DNA of 64,000 bases, taken from positions 28,706,543 to 28,770,542 of the forward strand of contig NC_069000.1 in NCBI RefSeq assembly GCF_001194135.2, given 5' to 3'. Each line of letters begins with the position of its first letter. Positions within the stretch are counted from its first letter, which is position 1. The stretch comes from Octopus bimaculoides. Its lineage: Eukaryota. The notes beneath the pieces were generated by a model that saw only the letters and a list, made by a program, of their open reading frames with translations, was not told the origin of the DNA and searched no databases. A program made the position numbers and the translations under genes. Positions 63,099 to 64,000 of this stretch are shown here, one piece after another.

Positions 63099-63351
63099 TT
63101 AGAAAAAATAATAAGGTACTCAGAGATCTGGATGGTTGTACATTTACAGATTTTCATTAATATGTCACGTTTTTATAAATCATACATTAGCACTTAAATC
63201 TACTCTACAAATAGATTCTTCAGAAATCTGAAGAATCTATTAGAGTAGATGCAAGCGCTAATATATGATTTATAAAAACATGTGACATATTAATAAAAAT
63301 CTGTAAATATACAACCATCCAGATCTCTGAGTACCTTATTATTTTTTATAA
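63099..63351. repeat. 253-bp near-perfect palindrome with head-to-head hammerhead-like cores at its centre
   Basis: Centre gattcttcag-aaat-ctgaagaatc; arms match out to ttagaaaaaataataaggtactcagag / ctctgagtaccttattattttttataa; TA-flanked. Confidence 0.9.
63228..63262 (+). ncRNA. Degenerate hammerhead-like motif (mirror copy on minus at 63188-63223)
   Basis: CTGAAGA-atcta ttagag tagat-GCAA-gcgc-TA; GAAA mutated in both arms (GCAA, TTAA); palindromic AGCGCT stem III. Confidence 0.4.
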
Positions 63352-64000
63352 TATATAATACCTGTATATCACCTCCAAACTTTCTAATATACATATATAT
63401 ATATATATATACATACACGACGGGCTTCTTCCAGTTTCCGTCTACCAAATCCACTCACAAGGCTTTGGTTGGCCCGAGGTTATAGTAGAAGACACTTGCC
63501 CATGGTGCCACGCAGTGGGACTGAACCCAGGACCATGTGGTTGGTAAGCAAGCTACTTACCACACAGCCACTCCTGTGCCTTTATTTACATTTTTTATAT
63601 ATGTATAACAATATTTATATATATGTTATATATATGTGTACGTGTAACAATGTAAGTGTATATATATGTGTGTGTGTGTAACAATGTATGTGTATATATA
63701 TATAACAATAACCTGTGTTTACATTTTCAATTCGATTCTCTTCAGCTTTATTCTTCTTACAGACTCACACAGAGAAGTACATATATACAAATATATAAAT
63801 AAATAAATAAATAAATCGGCTTTAAAAATACAAAAGAAAAGATCTTTTAAGCTAATTAATACTGGATGGTATAAGCTTGTTAATGAAAATTTGTCCCATA
63901 CAACCGGACATTTGAAAAAAAAAAAAAGTCAAACTTCTATAAGCTAGACAACTCAACTTTCTTGAATCAATACTCCATGCAATTGTCGAACCCCTGCCCC

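Larger units (their letters stand above)
62872..63578 (-). mobile_element. Young full-length SINE family A with a palindromic insert in its (TA/CA)n middle
   Basis: Head ggagtggctgtgtggtaag...gggttcagtccc at 63578-63415; 3' block at 63060-62872; several CpGs retained. Confidence 0.9.

Overview
AT-rich, repeat-dense eukaryotic (animal) genomic DNA with about a dozen N-gaps and many microsatellites. The SINE/MITE repertoire looks like coleoid cephalopod, most likely Octopus; this is recognition from memory, not a database result. No intact protein-coding gene is visible. Most ORF-track entries are microsatellite, gap-spanning or transposon-derived. Recognisable content: decayed Penelope-like elements (RT C-terminus/GIY-YIG, pLTRs), three clear RTE LINE remnants, four restriction-like-endonuclease (R4/Dong-type) non-LTR fragments, an internally deleted Gypsy element, an L1/Tx1-like ORF1 remnant, two full-length-size mariners plus a palindromic mariner derivative, hAT remnants, TTAA-type and hAT-type MITEs, and tRNA-headed SINEs. 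A run of minus-strand segments with strong splice signals at 3.1-7.4 kb suggests a host transcript of unresolved coding status. The most notable observation is that three short palindromic (foldback) elements that look like MITEs (30220-30446, 42746-42913, 63099-63351) each contain hammerhead-ribozyme core motifs. Several further hammerhead-like motifs of unrelated families occur elsewhere in the window. All structures were folded by eye and need computational and biochemical confirmation.
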